This document shows positions 1-11,345 of a DNA stretch of 64,000 bases, piece after piece. The notes under the pieces were generated by a model that saw only the letters and a list, made by a program, of their open reading frames with translations, ran no database searches and was not told the DNA's origin. Both the position numbers and the translations under genes were made by a program. Source of the DNA: a virus (taxonomy: Duplodnaviria > Heunggongvirae > Uroviricota > Caudoviricetes); the IMG/VR virus record IMGVR_UViG_3300011008_000003; one strand, given 5' to 3'. The first letter of the stretch is position 1. Every line of letters starts with the position of its first letter.

Positions 1-113
1 ATGATGAACGTTTGTCGTACTATACTGAGCAAGAATTTCCAGTTGTAGAAACTACGATAAATCTCTAACTCAATTTATAAATATAAAACACAAGTTAATA
101 TAGAGGTGAAAAA

Positions 114-680
114 ATGAATAATATAATCATTATCGGCGCAATCCTTTTTGTTGCTGCCATCGTAATCACGGTCCTTTCGGTCAAGCTTCATCGTAAGAAG
201 AAGCAGATTAGTTTGGACGAAGCTGTTGATACAGTCAAGACCGAAGCTCAGCAAGCTCAGGAAGACGTTCTTCAACAGACAAGCGAACTGATTAAGGACT
301 TGCCGCCTGTTGACGGTCCGGATGCAGTTGTCGTTGATTCCGATAATCCGTATTCAATTACCAATAACGAACCGCTTGTTGTCGGCGAAAAGTCTACTAT
401 CGAAGACATTTGCAGCAAGGTCGATGTTGGTGAAATTCTCGCCACTCCGATTGCTTCTCCGGAAGTCGAAACACCGGTTGTTCCTGAAGTGAAGGCTTTT
501 ACCGAAGTTGTCAAGAAGGCAGAAGAAAAGCCGGCTAAGCGTACTCGTAAGAAGAAGGAACCGGTCAAGGTCGAAACTAAGACCCAGAAGAAGACCAAGA
601 AGGTTGAAAAACCTGCCAAGCCGGTTAAGACCACCAAGGTAAAGAAGAATACCAAGAAGACTAAGAAGGAGGCTAAGTAA
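114..680 (+). CDS. Hypothetical protein, N-terminal TM anchor and Lys-rich C-terminal tail
   Basis: ORF with GAGG RBS downstream of TATAAATA (76-83); hydrophobic N-terminus. Confidence 0.75.
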   Translation: MNNIIIIGAILFVAAIVITVLSVKLHRKKKQISLDEAVDTVKTEAQQAQEDVLQQTSELIKDLPPVDGPDAVVVDSDNPYSITNNEPLVVGEKSTIEDICSKVDVGEILATPIASPEVETPVVPEVKAFTEVVKKAEEKPAKRTRKKKEPVKVETKTQKKTKKVEKPAKPVKTTKVKKNTKKTKKEAK

Positions 681-1039
681 TGGATAATCTGACATGCCCG
701 ATTTGCGGTGAAACTTTTGAAAACCGCATGAAGCTCGGTTCACATATGTGGACGAAGCATAAGTTAAAACTGAAGGAATATGAAGCTGGTCTTGCAGCTC
801 AGCCGGAAGTTAACGAATCTGTACAGCCGAAGGCCGCTGATGGTCTTATCAAGCCAGCACAGATTACTGAATCCAAGGAATTCATTAACGAACCTGCCGT
901 AAAGGTTGATAAGGAATTCGTTACTGAAAAGACCGTTTCTGACGGTGAATTTGTAAAGCAGTCCGCTACTTATCACAATCCGTATAAGGATCTGTATAAG
1001 GACGACGGAATGGTTATCAACGAATACCTTGGTCGTTAA
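680..1039 (+). CDS. C2H2 zinc-finger protein
   Basis: CPICGETF...LGSHMWTKH motif. Confidence 0.7.
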   Translation: MDNLTCPICGETFENRMKLGSHMWTKHKLKLKEYEAGLAAQPEVNESVQPKAADGLIKPAQITESKEFINEPAVKVDKEFVTEKTVSDGEFVKQSATYHNPYKDLYKDDGMVINEYLGR

Positions 1040-1128
1040 TAGAAAATACAGAAAAAATGTTTCCGTTTCTTTACGAACGGAAACTTTTCTATATTTGTAA
1101 AAGATTTATTACATAGAGGTAAAAACAT

Positions 1129-2259
1129 ATGGCAAATAAATTGCTAGCTAAATTGAAGAAAGAAAAGGCGTTCAACGATATTCTTGTCACTGAACAGCCC
1201 AAAGATGAATGGCTCTCAACGAACTGTATTCCTGTAAACCTGTTGCTTTCAGGTAAGATTCAGGGCGGTATCAAGAAGGGCTGTATGTCTCAGATTGGTG
1301 CTGACTCTTCTTTCGGTAAATCTATTATCGGTTATTCTGTTCTTAAGGCTGCACAGCAGGCAGGAATGGATTGCTTTATCGTCGATACTGAAAACGCAGT
1401 CAACTATAAGATTTTGACTGGTATTGGTGTCGATATGAAGGATGTCGGTGTTATCAATACCAAGCTCATTCCGGAAATTAAGCAGTTCTTCTCCAAGATG
1501 GCTCACGGTCTTACTCGAGCAGAACAGCGTAACGTTTTCGTTCTTTTCGACTCTTGGGGCCCGATTGTCGAACTTCAGGTTATGGAAAAGGCAGAAGAAG
1601 GTTCTGCAGCTGTCAACATGAGTTCTGCACGATTCAAGGCTGAACTTGCTGAAGTTATTAACGCTTGTAACTTTACTACTTTAATTCTCAACCACGTTTA
1701 TGCTACTCTCCAGATGTACGGTGATCCGGTTACAGTCGGTGGTGGTAAGAAGCTTTACTACCTTTCTGATGCTATCATGCTCGCTACTTCTGCTAAGAAG
1801 GATAAGGATAAGGAAGGTAATATTCGTGGTAAGATTATTACGGCTAAGACACTTAAGGGTCGTGCTGCTAAGGAAATGAGAACAACTCATTATCTTATCC
1901 AGCATAACGGCGGTATTAACCCGTATTATGGCTTGCTTGATGAAGCTCTTGACTCTGGCGCTGTCTATAAGCCGAAGCCTGGTTATTACTCTCGTACTGA
2001 TTATGACGTCGATAAGGAAACTGGCGAAGTCACTAAGCAGTGGAAGGAAGAACAGCTTTACTGTGCTGAATTCTGGATTCCTCTTTACAAGGATGAAAAG
2101 TTCAAGAAGTATGTCGAAAATAAGTTCTCTTATGACGACAACGTTCTTATCGCTTCCAACCAGGATGTCATGAAGTTGATTAGCGGTGAACAGGAAATTG
2201 TCAATGACGGAATTCCTGACACTGACGATGAAATTGACCTTGGTGAAGACGAAGAATAA
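1129..2259 (+). CDS. uvsX: UvsX/RecA-like recombinase
   Basis: Walker A-like GADSSFGKS, DTE and FDS motifs, GGG motif, GGINPYYGLLD typical of T4-type UvsX. Confidence 0.9.
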   Translation: MANKLLAKLKKEKAFNDILVTEQPKDEWLSTNCIPVNLLLSGKIQGGIKKGCMSQIGADSSFGKSIIGYSVLKAAQQAGMDCFIVDTENAVNYKILTGIGVDMKDVGVINTKLIPEIKQFFSKMAHGLTRAEQRNVFVLFDSWGPIVELQVMEKAEEGSAAVNMSSARFKAELAEVINACNFTTLILNHVYATLQMYGDPVTVGGGKKLYYLSDAIMLATSAKKDKDKEGNIRGKIITAKTLKGRAAKEMRTTHYLIQHNGGINPYYGLLDEALDSGAVYKPKPGYYSRTDYDVDKETGEVTKQWKEEQLYCAEFWIPLYKDEKFKKYVENKFSYDDNVLIASNQDVMKLISGEQEIVNDGIPDTDDEIDLGEDEE

Positions 2260-2324
2260 TTCCAAGTCTACATAAAAAGAAAAAGACCATAGAAATATGG
2301 TCTTTTATTATTTTATAAAAAATA

Positions 2325-2834
2325 TTAATATTCAGAATTTATAATGCCATGACCAAGGATTTTAGAAATCCATTGTAGCAAGTCTTCTTCGCTAGTAACA
2401 TCTTCGCCATAAGCGCCAAACATGTACTTGTTAGAAATCTTATCAGGAACTCTGGCAAGTGTAGTATTATAGACAAATTTTTTAGACTTAGAAGATAACC
2501 AACATTCAATTTGAATAAACGGACCGCCAGTTTTGCCATTGTCAGTAGTTCTGATTTGAATATTATCATATGCATATCTCTTTACGAAATAGTCATAGTC
2601 TTCAAATTTGTTACATACTTCATCGATTTTCTTAATAAGTTCGTCCATTTTTCTGGAAACTATCTGCTTTTCTTTACGGTCTTCAACACCTTCAGAGTCT
2701 TGATATGTTGGATTACCGTTATTCCATGCTTCAGAATCATCATAAGGATCATCATTTAAATCCTGACTAGCGTCACGGAATTCAAGAAGATAACCATTCC
2801 TTTTGAGCAACTGTTTAGCTTCGTTTAAATTCAT
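2325..2834 (-). CDS. Late protein with shared MNLxEAKxxLKxxGY leader (candidate internal head protein)
   Basis: GGAG RBS, TATAAATA upstream, N-terminus shared with 20258-20983 and 29908-30537. Confidence 0.65.
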   Translation of the reverse strand: MNLNEAKQLLKRNGYLLEFRDASQDLNDDPYDDSEAWNNGNPTYQDSEGVEDRKEKQIVSRKMDELIKKIDEVCNKFEDYDYFVKRYAYDNIQIRTTDNGKTGGPFIQIECWLSSKSKKFVYNTTLARVPDKISNKYMFGAYGEDVTSEEDLLQWISKILGHGIINSEY

Positions 2835-2854
2835 AATTTCTCCTATTTTTATAT

Positions 2855-2866
2855 TATTTATAAATA
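2855..2866. promoter_or_regulatory. Overlapping divergent T4-type late promoters (TATAAATA)
   Basis: TATTTATAAATA reads TATAAATA on both strands between divergent genes; same arrangement at about 5174-5185. Confidence 0.7.
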
Positions 2867-2870
2867 TTAC

Positions 2871-4307
2871 ATGGCTAATTATACACAACCCAATTACGAT
2901 CCGAGTCAAAACGGTTTCTGGCGTGGAACTGTTGACGGAGCGCCGAATTTCGGCTATCCAAGAAATTATTACTATGCAGACACTATCAGAAGCTTGTTTC
3001 TAGCATTTGAAAATTTCTTTAATGACATCAAGGTTATTAGGTATGACAAGTTCCAGGTTCCGACGAAGGTAATCAATGTTCCTATCAAGTTCGGCCCTAG
3101 AAAGAAGAGTCATGATTTCCGTACAGAGCAAGAATCTGGCGATAAGTATTATATTTCTATGCCGAACCTGGCATATAAGCTTGATTCTATGGAATTCGAT
3201 GCCGAACGTGCCAAAGGTCTTTATGAAACCCGTGCTTTCTATGATAAGGACCTTGAAAATGCCGGAATTGTCTGCGATATGCAGGAAAAGTTCTGGTCTG
3301 ACGTTCAGCCGGTTCCGTATAATATTTCGGTCGGAATGGAAGCCAACTGCGAAAATATGTCTGATGCACTTCAGATTGTCGAACAGATTTGTGCTCGATT
3401 CTCACCTGCGTGCTTTATGGATTTAAAAGAATTCTGGTTTTTCAATAAACGTCGCAGTATCAAGATGTTATTGAACGGCGTTACGTGGGAAATTCAGTCT
3501 GATGCAATGGGTGAAGAAGAATGGCGACAGATTAAGGTCAACTTCTCATTCAAGATGGAAGCCGTACTTTATAAGCCAATTAAGGATGCTAAGATTATTG
3601 AAAGAATCAATACCTATGTTACTCTTAACAAGGGTGATTTCATGTATCACAATGTTACATTCGGTGACAAGGACGGTTCTCTCGATAATCCGTATAATTT
3701 CAGCAATGTCTATAAGACTTTCGTTACGAATGCCTATGTACTGAATGGTTCTCCTGTAACTACGTATGACGACCGTACAAGCGCATATACGACTACGTAT
3801 GACTACATTCAGACTGAACAGCTCACTACATATGGTCAGGATGCAAAGCTCCTTAAAAAGGTCGTTACACGCTGGATTCCAGCAGGTACTTCAGCCGAAG
3901 GTCCGAAGATTTTCCATAAGCGTCCTGTATATGACGATAAGGGTAAGATTTCTGGATATTTACCTGAAGTTATCGACACCGTAGATAAGGAAGGAAATCC
4001 GATTACTGCATATAATCCTGAAGTCTATTCGACTACCTATACTTCTGAATGGATGACAACTAAGGAATATGAATATATCGGCGGTTACGGCAATCTGAAG
4101 GATCCTACCGTTGAATTCGGCGACAAGATTCTTTACGACCAGTACGACCAGCCGTATAGTGCTTATTATTCTAAATATTCTGAAGAAGGAACTTATACAA
4201 GTAATTCTGCAGATTTCGCTGAAGGTAAGGCTGATTACTACTATAACTTTAATAAAAAGACCACCGAAATTGATTTCGATGGTAGTAAGTATAAAGTCGA
4301 AAAATAA
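2871..4307 (+). CDS. T4 gp15-like tail sheath stabilizer/tail terminator with C-terminal extension
   Basis: YY..TIR...AF..FF, VPIKFGP, P+LAY, PVPYNI, LQIVEQI motifs of gp15-like proteins. Confidence 0.75.
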   Translation: MANYTQPNYDPSQNGFWRGTVDGAPNFGYPRNYYYADTIRSLFLAFENFFNDIKVIRYDKFQVPTKVINVPIKFGPRKKSHDFRTEQESGDKYYISMPNLAYKLDSMEFDAERAKGLYETRAFYDKDLENAGIVCDMQEKFWSDVQPVPYNISVGMEANCENMSDALQIVEQICARFSPACFMDLKEFWFFNKRRSIKMLLNGVTWEIQSDAMGEEEWRQIKVNFSFKMEAVLYKPIKDAKIIERINTYVTLNKGDFMYHNVTFGDKDGSLDNPYNFSNVYKTFVTNAYVLNGSPVTTYDDRTSAYTTTYDYIQTEQLTTYGQDAKLLKKVVTRWIPAGTSAEGPKIFHKRPVYDDKGKISGYLPEVIDTVDKEGNPITAYNPEVYSTTYTSEWMTTKEYEYIGGYGNLKDPTVEFGDKILYDQYDQPYSAYYSKYSEEGTYTSNSADFAEGKADYYYNFNKKTTEIDFDGSKYKVEK

Positions 4308-4309
4308 GA

Positions 4310-5167
4310 TTAATTATAACCTGTTGCAAGGCCGGAGATTGGAACATAAGAACATTCTTGGCCTTTTAGCAATATAGCGATACCTGAAAGGAAGTTTAAC
4401 CAGCTTCCATTTCCATATTTCTTAAAGTTAATAAGATAATCGGTTGCATAAGCGACAAGCGGCATAACGTTCTGGTCATGAGATATAATAATACTGAACT
4501 TTGGTGTAGCAGTAAGGGCAGTAGTTATAAATCTTTCGCATTCATATGTAATATCATTAAATGCATCCATATATTGATGGTCTATATTATCTTTATTTTC
4601 CGGAAGTGGGTCCTGTGTTCCATAGATATAACCATACCAGACATTACGATAATTATCTTTCGGACGACCTGAAGCATCATGTGATGTATAATATTCATAT
4701 TTGGATTGATCTTTGATAAAATCAAGCCCATAAATATTATTCTGCCAAGTAATTGGAATATTTGCATAAGAACCAATTACATCATCTATCTGATTTACTT
4801 CATTACGACCTTTATAAAGCAAATATGCAGTCTGCTTAGTTCTGACAGTATCGGTACTGAAATATTTGAATTTTGTAGAAATTCCGTTTAAATGCTTACC
4901 GGCAAGAGATGCTGAATATTTTCCTAAATCGGTCAATTCTACGTTGGGTGACCAGTCATTTAATGGTCGTATACTGTGACGTAAGACCAGAACGACTTTA
5001 TCGTATTCAGTTTCGAGATTAAGTCGATTAGCCAATACACTTATTGGTGTAAATTGGACATGCTTTTCATTTACGAGAAATCTACCGTCTTTCTTAAGGC
5101 GGAGTTCGACGGAAGAATTATCTACCGTTTTTGTCTTATATGTTGAATTTATGCTCAGAATACTCAT
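4310..5167 (-). CDS. Histidine phosphatase family protein
   Basis: LRHS catalytic motif, LT..G, RTKQTA, SHD. Confidence 0.75.
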   Translation of the reverse strand: MSILSINSTYKTKTVDNSSVELRLKKDGRFLVNEKHVQFTPISVLANRLNLETEYDKVVLVLRHSIRPLNDWSPNVELTDLGKYSASLAGKHLNGISTKFKYFSTDTVRTKQTAYLLYKGRNEVNQIDDVIGSYANIPITWQNNIYGLDFIKDQSKYEYYTSHDASGRPKDNYRNVWYGYIYGTQDPLPENKDNIDHQYMDAFNDITYECERFITTALTATPKFSIIISHDQNVMPLVAYATDYLINFKKYGNGSWLNFLSGIAILLKGQECSYVPISGLATGYN

Positions 5168-5204
5168 TTAATATATTTATAAATAATATAACAAAGGTTA
5201 TAAT

Positions 5205-6461
5205 ATGGCAGTACAATTTGATAATAATGTTTCAGAATGGAGCAGAAATACCGCTGCTGATGGTAAATGGCTCAATAAGAATACTATTCAGCCGTTAATA
5301 GCACGTACAGAAATACTTCGCGACGCTATTAATGATATGACAGGTACTTCTGTGCCTGAACTCAAAGCACAGCTTGAAACTGAAAAACAAGTACGTGCAG
5401 AAGCAGATAATACAGAACATACAGCCAGATCCGAAGCTGATGATGCTTTACGTCGCGATATTGACGGTCTTTCAGAACAGATTGGTGATACCATTAATCT
5501 TGTTGAAGGTCAAGGTATTAAACTTGAAGAAGTTGATAGCGGTAAATATTTAAGAATTTCTGCTAATTATAATGATGGTGATAATACTACTTATGGTATT
5601 TTTACAGCATCTAACGGTGCAGGATATAATACTGGCGATTGGGCACTTGTTGAACTCAACGGCAATTTGACTACCGACGGTATTTCAATTAAGGGATTGA
5701 AAGATAATAAGGTATATCATATTGATATTAGTGGTTATTATGTTGTTAATACTCCGAACGATACCATTATTTCAGCATATCTGTTAGATTCTAACGGAAA
5801 GAAATTGAATTTCAATGTAGATACGTCAAATGCTAATCTTGCAGTACCAGTCATATTGTCTTATAGCTTTATTCCAACTACTGGACTTGACGAAACGACT
5901 GGAACATATACATATAAACTTGTAAAATGGTCAAGTATTGATGAATATGGTCAGGAAGGTAGAGAAGCAGAAACGAATTCTATAAATTTATTCCTTACCG
6001 ATATTTCAATCCATGAATTAGCGACCAAGAATGTTAGTGTCAGTGTTCCAGATGTTAAATTATATGGCCTTGCTGATAATCCGAATTTAGTCGGTGCAGA
6101 TACTTTGGGTACGAAAAAATTGCCGCTTAGTGTTACAAATCCTATGACTGGTAATATTGATATTCAAGTTACTAATGATTCTATTGTAACTAAGACTTCT
6201 GCGATTTATAATTGTAATGCAGTTGTTGTTATTACCAAGACTGGAACTTTGACCGAGAACGTCGCAATAAGATTTGATGTTCCATATACAACTACACAGT
6301 ATATGTCATTTGACCATGTTATAGATGTTACAAAAACAACGAATACGATATGTCTTTGCTGGCAAGCTGCAGGTACAAACCATTTGGATATAACGGTAAA
6401 TACATTACCTCTTGGTTTAACAGCAAAAGTCAAATATATTCAATATACTGAAACTAATTAA
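5205..6461 (+). CDS. Putative virion structural or fibre-associated protein
   Basis: Late promoter, N-terminal coiled coil followed by Thr/Asn/Gly-rich beta region. Confidence 0.45.
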   Translation: MAVQFDNNVSEWSRNTAADGKWLNKNTIQPLIARTEILRDAINDMTGTSVPELKAQLETEKQVRAEADNTEHTARSEADDALRRDIDGLSEQIGDTINLVEGQGIKLEEVDSGKYLRISANYNDGDNTTYGIFTASNGAGYNTGDWALVELNGNLTTDGISIKGLKDNKVYHIDISGYYVVNTPNDTIISAYLLDSNGKKLNFNVDTSNANLAVPVILSYSFIPTTGLDETTGTYTYKLVKWSSIDEYGQEGREAETNSINLFLTDISIHELATKNVSVSVPDVKLYGLADNPNLVGADTLGTKKLPLSVTNPMTGNIDIQVTNDSIVTKTSAIYNCNAVVVITKTGTLTENVAIRFDVPYTTTQYMSFDHVIDVTKTTNTICLCWQAAGTNHLDITVNTLPLGLTAKVKYIQYTETN

Positions 6462-6474
6462 AATAAAAGAGAGC

Positions 6475-7239
6475 CTAACAAACAGGCTCTCCTTTTTCAT
6501 TTACCGGATTATACATGACATTTATGTTGTTGTACGAATCCGGATTTTTCTTTGCGTCTTCAGATGTAATATCGTCATTCTTTAAAATATCGTCAATAGG
6601 AACATCAGACGAAATCGGATAACTAGCGACCTTATAGATGGGATCTTCTGGATTAGCCAGAGTAGGAGAATCCTCAGCAATGGTCCACTTATTATCCTTA
6701 TAGACTTTCAATGTAAACGTATAGGTATGCGGTTTTAAACCGAAAGCCTGTTCATAATACTTAACATCGACAATTCTGTAGAATGTATTGTTTGCTGGAA
6801 TATAGATTATATCGCCGATAGAAGGCGGCTGTTCTTCGTAAACTTCCGGAGTATTCTTATCATATCCACCATAAGTAGAATAATAATTGAATGCGCCGAT
6901 ACTTGCAAACATACGAACAGTATCTTCACCCCAGATACCTTGAAGCTGATAGCTTCTGACATTGGGAGGCATTTGTTCAATATAACCGTTAAAATACCAG
7001 CTACGAAGAATCATTCGCAGTTGGTCTTCACCGAAAAGCTTGTCTCTCAAAAGGTCTTCAGAAACACGGTAATAAACGCATTTAAGTCCATATTTTTCAT
7101 ATGCATCCTGAACGACTTCATCAGCCGTATCGGTTTCATTAGTACATACGATATTATTACCGTCGCTTATCGGCGCTTCCAGCTTAGTAATCGAATTACA
7201 AAGCCATGGATAATCAGCTATACTTTTTATACCAGCCAT
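6475..7239 (-). CDS. T4 gp14-like neck protein
   Basis: YG..C.YY, D.LFGED, P..GD.IY motifs. Confidence 0.65.
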   Translation of the reverse strand: MAGIKSIADYPWLCNSITKLEAPISDGNNIVCTNETDTADEVVQDAYEKYGLKCVYYRVSEDLLRDKLFGEDQLRMILRSWYFNGYIEQMPPNVRSYQLQGIWGEDTVRMFASIGAFNYYSTYGGYDKNTPEVYEEQPPSIGDIIYIPANNTFYRIVDVKYYEQAFGLKPHTYTFTLKVYKDNKWTIAEDSPTLANPEDPIYKVASYPISSDVPIDDILKNDDITSEDAKKNPDSYNNINVMYNPVNEKGEPVC

Positions 7240-7242
7240 GTA

Positions 7243-7854
7243 TTATTTATGGTTTTTCTTTTTACTGTCTTTATGAAGCTTCTCATAAACCTGGTCGAGA
7301 TGACAAGCCAAGTCCCAGATGTCATCATGACGGAAAAATTCGTAAGTCAAGCCCATATTGGCAGGAATATTGGTTTTGTATTTTTCAAATACAGCATCCC
7401 AGAATTCTCCTCGCTTATTCCAGTCTTCCTCTTCTTCCTCAGAATCGAATTCAAAATCCCCGCTGTCCATATAAGAATATTCATTCTTTTTCAGACGCTG
7501 GAAAATCTGATTATCTGCTTTGAAATCGTCGAATCTGAAGGCATTGAAAAACCAGAGGATGATTTTGCCGTCATGCTTAATAACAGTACAACTGGCACTA
7601 AAGTCAGCCGGATTGCCACGTTCTACTCCGTATGCACTCTTTTCTATGACACGGATTGCCTTAGCCAAAATATCTTCGTTTCGCCTTGCAAAACGCTTAT
7701 ACATGGAATTACCGAACTTGATAAACCAATCGGCTTGCTTATCGATAATTCCACGCATGAACTTAAGGTAATCAGAACGAATAGAATTAAGCTCTTGCAT
7801 TAATTCGTCTTCGCTCTTGTCATAGATATAGGCATTCAGAATACGATATGACAT
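7243..7854 (-). CDS. Hypothetical protein
   Basis: ORF coupled to upstream stop (TAATG). Confidence 0.6.
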   Translation of the reverse strand: MSYRILNAYIYDKSEDELMQELNSIRSDYLKFMRGIIDKQADWFIKFGNSMYKRFARRNEDILAKAIRVIEKSAYGVERGNPADFSASCTVIKHDGKIILWFFNAFRFDDFKADNQIFQRLKKNEYSYMDSGDFEFDSEEEEEDWNKRGEFWDAVFEKYKTNIPANMGLTYEFFRHDDIWDLACHLDQVYEKLHKDSKKKNHK

Positions 7855-8003
7855 TACTTACCACACCACCAGTTAGACTGACAACCTTCTTCAGGTTCAT
7901 CCGGTTCTTTCCAATACGGATTATCGCCAGAACCTGCAAGCAATGCAGTCTGCATGTCATAATCAACAACTTCCATTGTCGGTTTCACATATTCTTTCTT
8001 CAT
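7854..8003 (-). CDS. 49-aa peptide with RiPP-precursor-like leader
   Basis: MKKEYVKPTMEVV...LLAGS then GDNPYW...CQSNWWCGK; AAGGTG RBS. Confidence 0.55.
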   Translation of the reverse strand: MKKEYVKPTMEVVDYDMQTALLAGSGDNPYWKEPDEPEEGCQSNWWCGK

Positions 8004-8004
8004 T

Positions 8005-8295
8005 TTATACGCACCTTTCGGAATGTAGTCTCCAATAAACAATATCGTCTTCAGAGACACTATTACCGTCTTCATCTGTTAATTCAAAATCGCAATATTC
8101 ATCATAGATTTCATTACCTTCGCTATCGGTCCATGAATAACCGTTATCTACCCAGTTAACGGAAAGAATACTGCTGGTTCTATCTTTAAAAATACATTCA
8201 ATATCGACATAATCATATGAATCGATTGCATATGAAACTTCATTCTCTTTTTGAAGCTGCCATGTATCGTAATATTGTTTGTATTTATCAGACAT
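8005..8295 (-). CDS. Acidic hypothetical protein
   Basis: ORF directly behind an early promoter. Confidence 0.55.
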   Translation of the reverse strand: MSDKYKQYYDTWQLQKENEVSYAIDSYDYVDIECIFKDRTSSILSVNWVDNGYSWTDSEGNEIYDEYCDFELTDEDGNSVSEDDIVYWRLHSERCV

Positions 8296-8495
8296 ATAAC
8301 AAATATAGTAAAAAGGTTGACCTTCGTCAACCTATTTCTTTAATTGTTTCGGATCCTTCTTGTTAAAGTAATCCCAAATATCGATATTTGTTAATTTTCG
8401 CCTAGTCTTAAAATTAGTCTTATGTAACCACATAAAACAACGAAGACGATTCAACTGATGCTTCAATAAGGCGATTTCTTTATCTTTCTCATCCA

Positions 8496-9686
8496 TTAAA
8501 ATGCCGCCTTGAAGTTATATACTGGCTTGATAATCTTTTCGATAGAGCAAGTAGGTTCAATATTCGTAATGATTTCCTGCATCGGCTTGTATGCCATAGG
8601 AGACTCATCAATCGTCGCAGAAGACACACAGGACGTGAAAATTCCCTTCATAGCATCTTTATATTCTGACATGGAAATGGAGTTCTTAGCGTCCGCTCTG
8701 GTCATTAAACGGCCTGCACCGTGAGGAGCGCTGTAGTTCCAGTCTTCATTTCCCTTACCGACACAAATCAAAGAGCCATCACGCATATTCATCGGAATAA
8801 TAACACGTTCACCAGCCTGTGCAGAAATAGAACCCTTACGAAGAATCATATTCTTAAGGTCGATATAGTTATGAATAGTTTCAAACTTTTCGACAACCTT
8901 GAAACCCATTTCCTTGACAATCACATCGAGCATTGCGGCACGGTTCATAACGGCAAACTGCTGAACAATTTCCATGTCATGCAGATAACCCTGCATGTGT
9001 TCGCCAGTAAGATATGAAAGATTCTTAGGAACAGAGAAATGGTCATAATCCTTCATAAGTTCCTTAATTTCCGCATCGGTCTTTCCCTGATTCTTATACT
9101 TGGAAATTTCAGCGCCGCGAATGGCTGTCAGGTCGGCACAATCCTTAATTGCAAGATTCTGCCAGTATTCACAAGTAGCGACACCCAAATGACGAGAACC
9201 GGAATGAATAACTACATAGAATGCACCATCGTCGTCTTTATCGACCTCAATGAAATGATTGCCTCCGCCGAGGCTTCCAATCGACAGAAGTTCTTCACGA
9301 CGAACGTCAGCGATAAGTTCTTCAAACTTTTCGTCAAATTCATTACCGAAACGGTGACGGTTAGTTCGATGTTCCTTACCGGACGGAATCTTGGTCTTGA
9401 TTACCTTGTCGAGCTTACCGAATTCGATAAACTTATCTTTAAGCTTCGCAACCAACATTCCGCAACCAATATCAACACCGACAAGATTAGGCACAACCTT
9501 ATCCGTAATAGTCATGGTAGTTCCGACCGTGCAATCCTTTCCGGCATGTACGTCAGGCATAATACGAACCTTAACGTCTTTCGCCCAGCATTGACACATC
9601 ATATTCAAAATCTGTGAATATGCCGCATTATCAATATTGTCCGTATAGACACGGGCTGTATTATATTTTCCTTGAATGTCAAGCAT
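8496..9686 (-). CDS. rtcB: RtcB RNA ligase
   Basis: MPDVHAG, VGVDIGCG, GSLGGGNHFIE, HSGSR, HNY, SAPHGAGR, DESPMAYK. Confidence 0.95.
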   Translation of the reverse strand: MLDIQGKYNTARVYTDNIDNAAYSQILNMMCQCWAKDVKVRIMPDVHAGKDCTVGTTMTITDKVVPNLVGVDIGCGMLVAKLKDKFIEFGKLDKVIKTKIPSGKEHRTNRHRFGNEFDEKFEELIADVRREELLSIGSLGGGNHFIEVDKDDDGAFYVVIHSGSRHLGVATCEYWQNLAIKDCADLTAIRGAEISKYKNQGKTDAEIKELMKDYDHFSVPKNLSYLTGEHMQGYLHDMEIVQQFAVMNRAAMLDVIVKEMGFKVVEKFETIHNYIDLKNMILRKGSISAQAGERVIIPMNMRDGSLICVGKGNEDWNYSAPHGAGRLMTRADAKNSISMSEYKDAMKGIFTSCVSSATIDESPMAYKPMQEIITNIEPTCSIEKIIKPVYNFKAAF

Positions 9687-9694
9687 TATTTAAC

Positions 9695-10990
9695 CTAGTG
9701 TTTTGCCTGGTAATTATTTTTGAAGAAATTTACGAGCTGTTCTTCATAAACCATTGGATATTGTTTGCCAGCATCATCAACAGCAATAACGGCACAATCA
9801 AGATGGCAAAGCATAGCACTACGGTCATGCTTACAATCTATAATTGTATAAACTGTCGGATATTTGCCTTTCTTCCTAACTTTGTCGAACTTACAATTTG
9901 CATTATATGAACGACATACTATTTTAAATAATTCTTCATTAATCATTTTGTTTTCCTTTATCTTGTCACTTTCGGTAAAAATGTCCAGAAAGCTACAGAA
10001 TCCCATGGTTCATGGTCAGAATCCTTATCATAACAAGTATCTTCTACCCAAGTCCAGTCAAAATGACCGTCGTCATAATAGGCTCTACCTACTGCACGTA
10101 AATCATAGCTACCATCTTTATAAAGAACCCACAACATTTTACCTAACATATAGTCATGCGGTTCCTTGTCTAAACTGTACCAAGTCTGTTCAGGGGTATG
10201 AACAAACTTAGTATTTTTAGGCAAACTGCCTAATAATTTCTTATTGTCTTCAACGTAAGACATAATTCATTAAATTCCTAATTCATCGTTAAGCTTTCTT
10301 AATCATTTCAAAAATTTCTTCGCACTTCTTATTTTCTGCATTGCGTGCTGCTTCAGCGTCAAGGCGTTCCTGGTTGATTTCAAGCCAGTTCATATACGGT
10401 TCAACAACACGAATCGTATCATATTCATATTTTGCACCATCTTTCAACTTGAACTGCTTAAGCACATAGTTCTTATATTCATCCATATACTTTAACGGAC
10501 ATTTATCAAGGAAAGTAAAATAATCCTTGATTTCATTAAGCTTAATGCAATTACCTAAAACATAGTTATTTTCGCCATGCTGAGTAGCGAGTGTCGGATT
10601 ATATACGAAATCCTTATTCTTTCTGTAGATTTCAATACAATGCTTGATTGTAGCTTCTGCCTTATCGGTAATGCCGTTAATAATATCAAGAGCGAAATCC
10701 TTACCGTAATCAGTAAGCTTGCCATCAATACTGACTGTATCAGAAGCACCAATCCAATGATAATCAGACATCGGACGACCGACTATAAATTCACCGGTCT
10801 TATAATCCGGCTTATCTGCATCTACAGACTTAAACGTAAGTTCGTTCAATTCTTCAAAAATAGCAGTACCTTTAACACGAACACACTTATTTTCTACATC
10901 GTAATAGAAATATTCCTTACGTTTCATATCGTCATTGAGAGATTCGACAGTATGAAGATTGTAAATTTTCTTTTTGAAGAAGTTAAACAT
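9695..10990 (-). other. Three hypothetical genes (about 9695-9946, 9958-10263, 10289-10990)
   Basis: Tandem ORFs with RBS behind an early promoter at about 11017-11046. Confidence 0.55.
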
Positions 10991-11055
10991 ATGTTGTTCC
11001 TTTTGGTTTATACCTATAATATAGAAAAAAGGTTGACTGTTGTCAACCCCTTTTT

Positions 11056-11144
11056 TCGTTGAGGTAGCTGGAGTCGAACCAGCGGTGTGTCATTAGCCGT
11101 ACAGGATTCAAAGTCCCGCGCCCTCGCCACTGAGCTATACCTCA
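11056..11144 (-). tRNA. tRNA-Gln(UUG), long variable arm
   Basis: Cloverleaf, loop CT-TTG-AA, GTTCGAC T-loop. Confidence 0.85.
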
Positions 11145-11345
11145 ATATTGACTTTTTGACACGTACTAAGTCTAAAAGCGCCTCGGCTACAAAGGTGAAC
11201 GGAGTATTGTGCCTTGTATGAAGAAGCCGCATCAGTTGTCCGTTGCTATCAAGGACTTCTTCAATTCGCCATACTGCCGATTTAGGATGTCGGCATCTTC
11301 CGATATGCAGACGAGGTTTGTACCTTTTACCTCCAAGCATGACTT

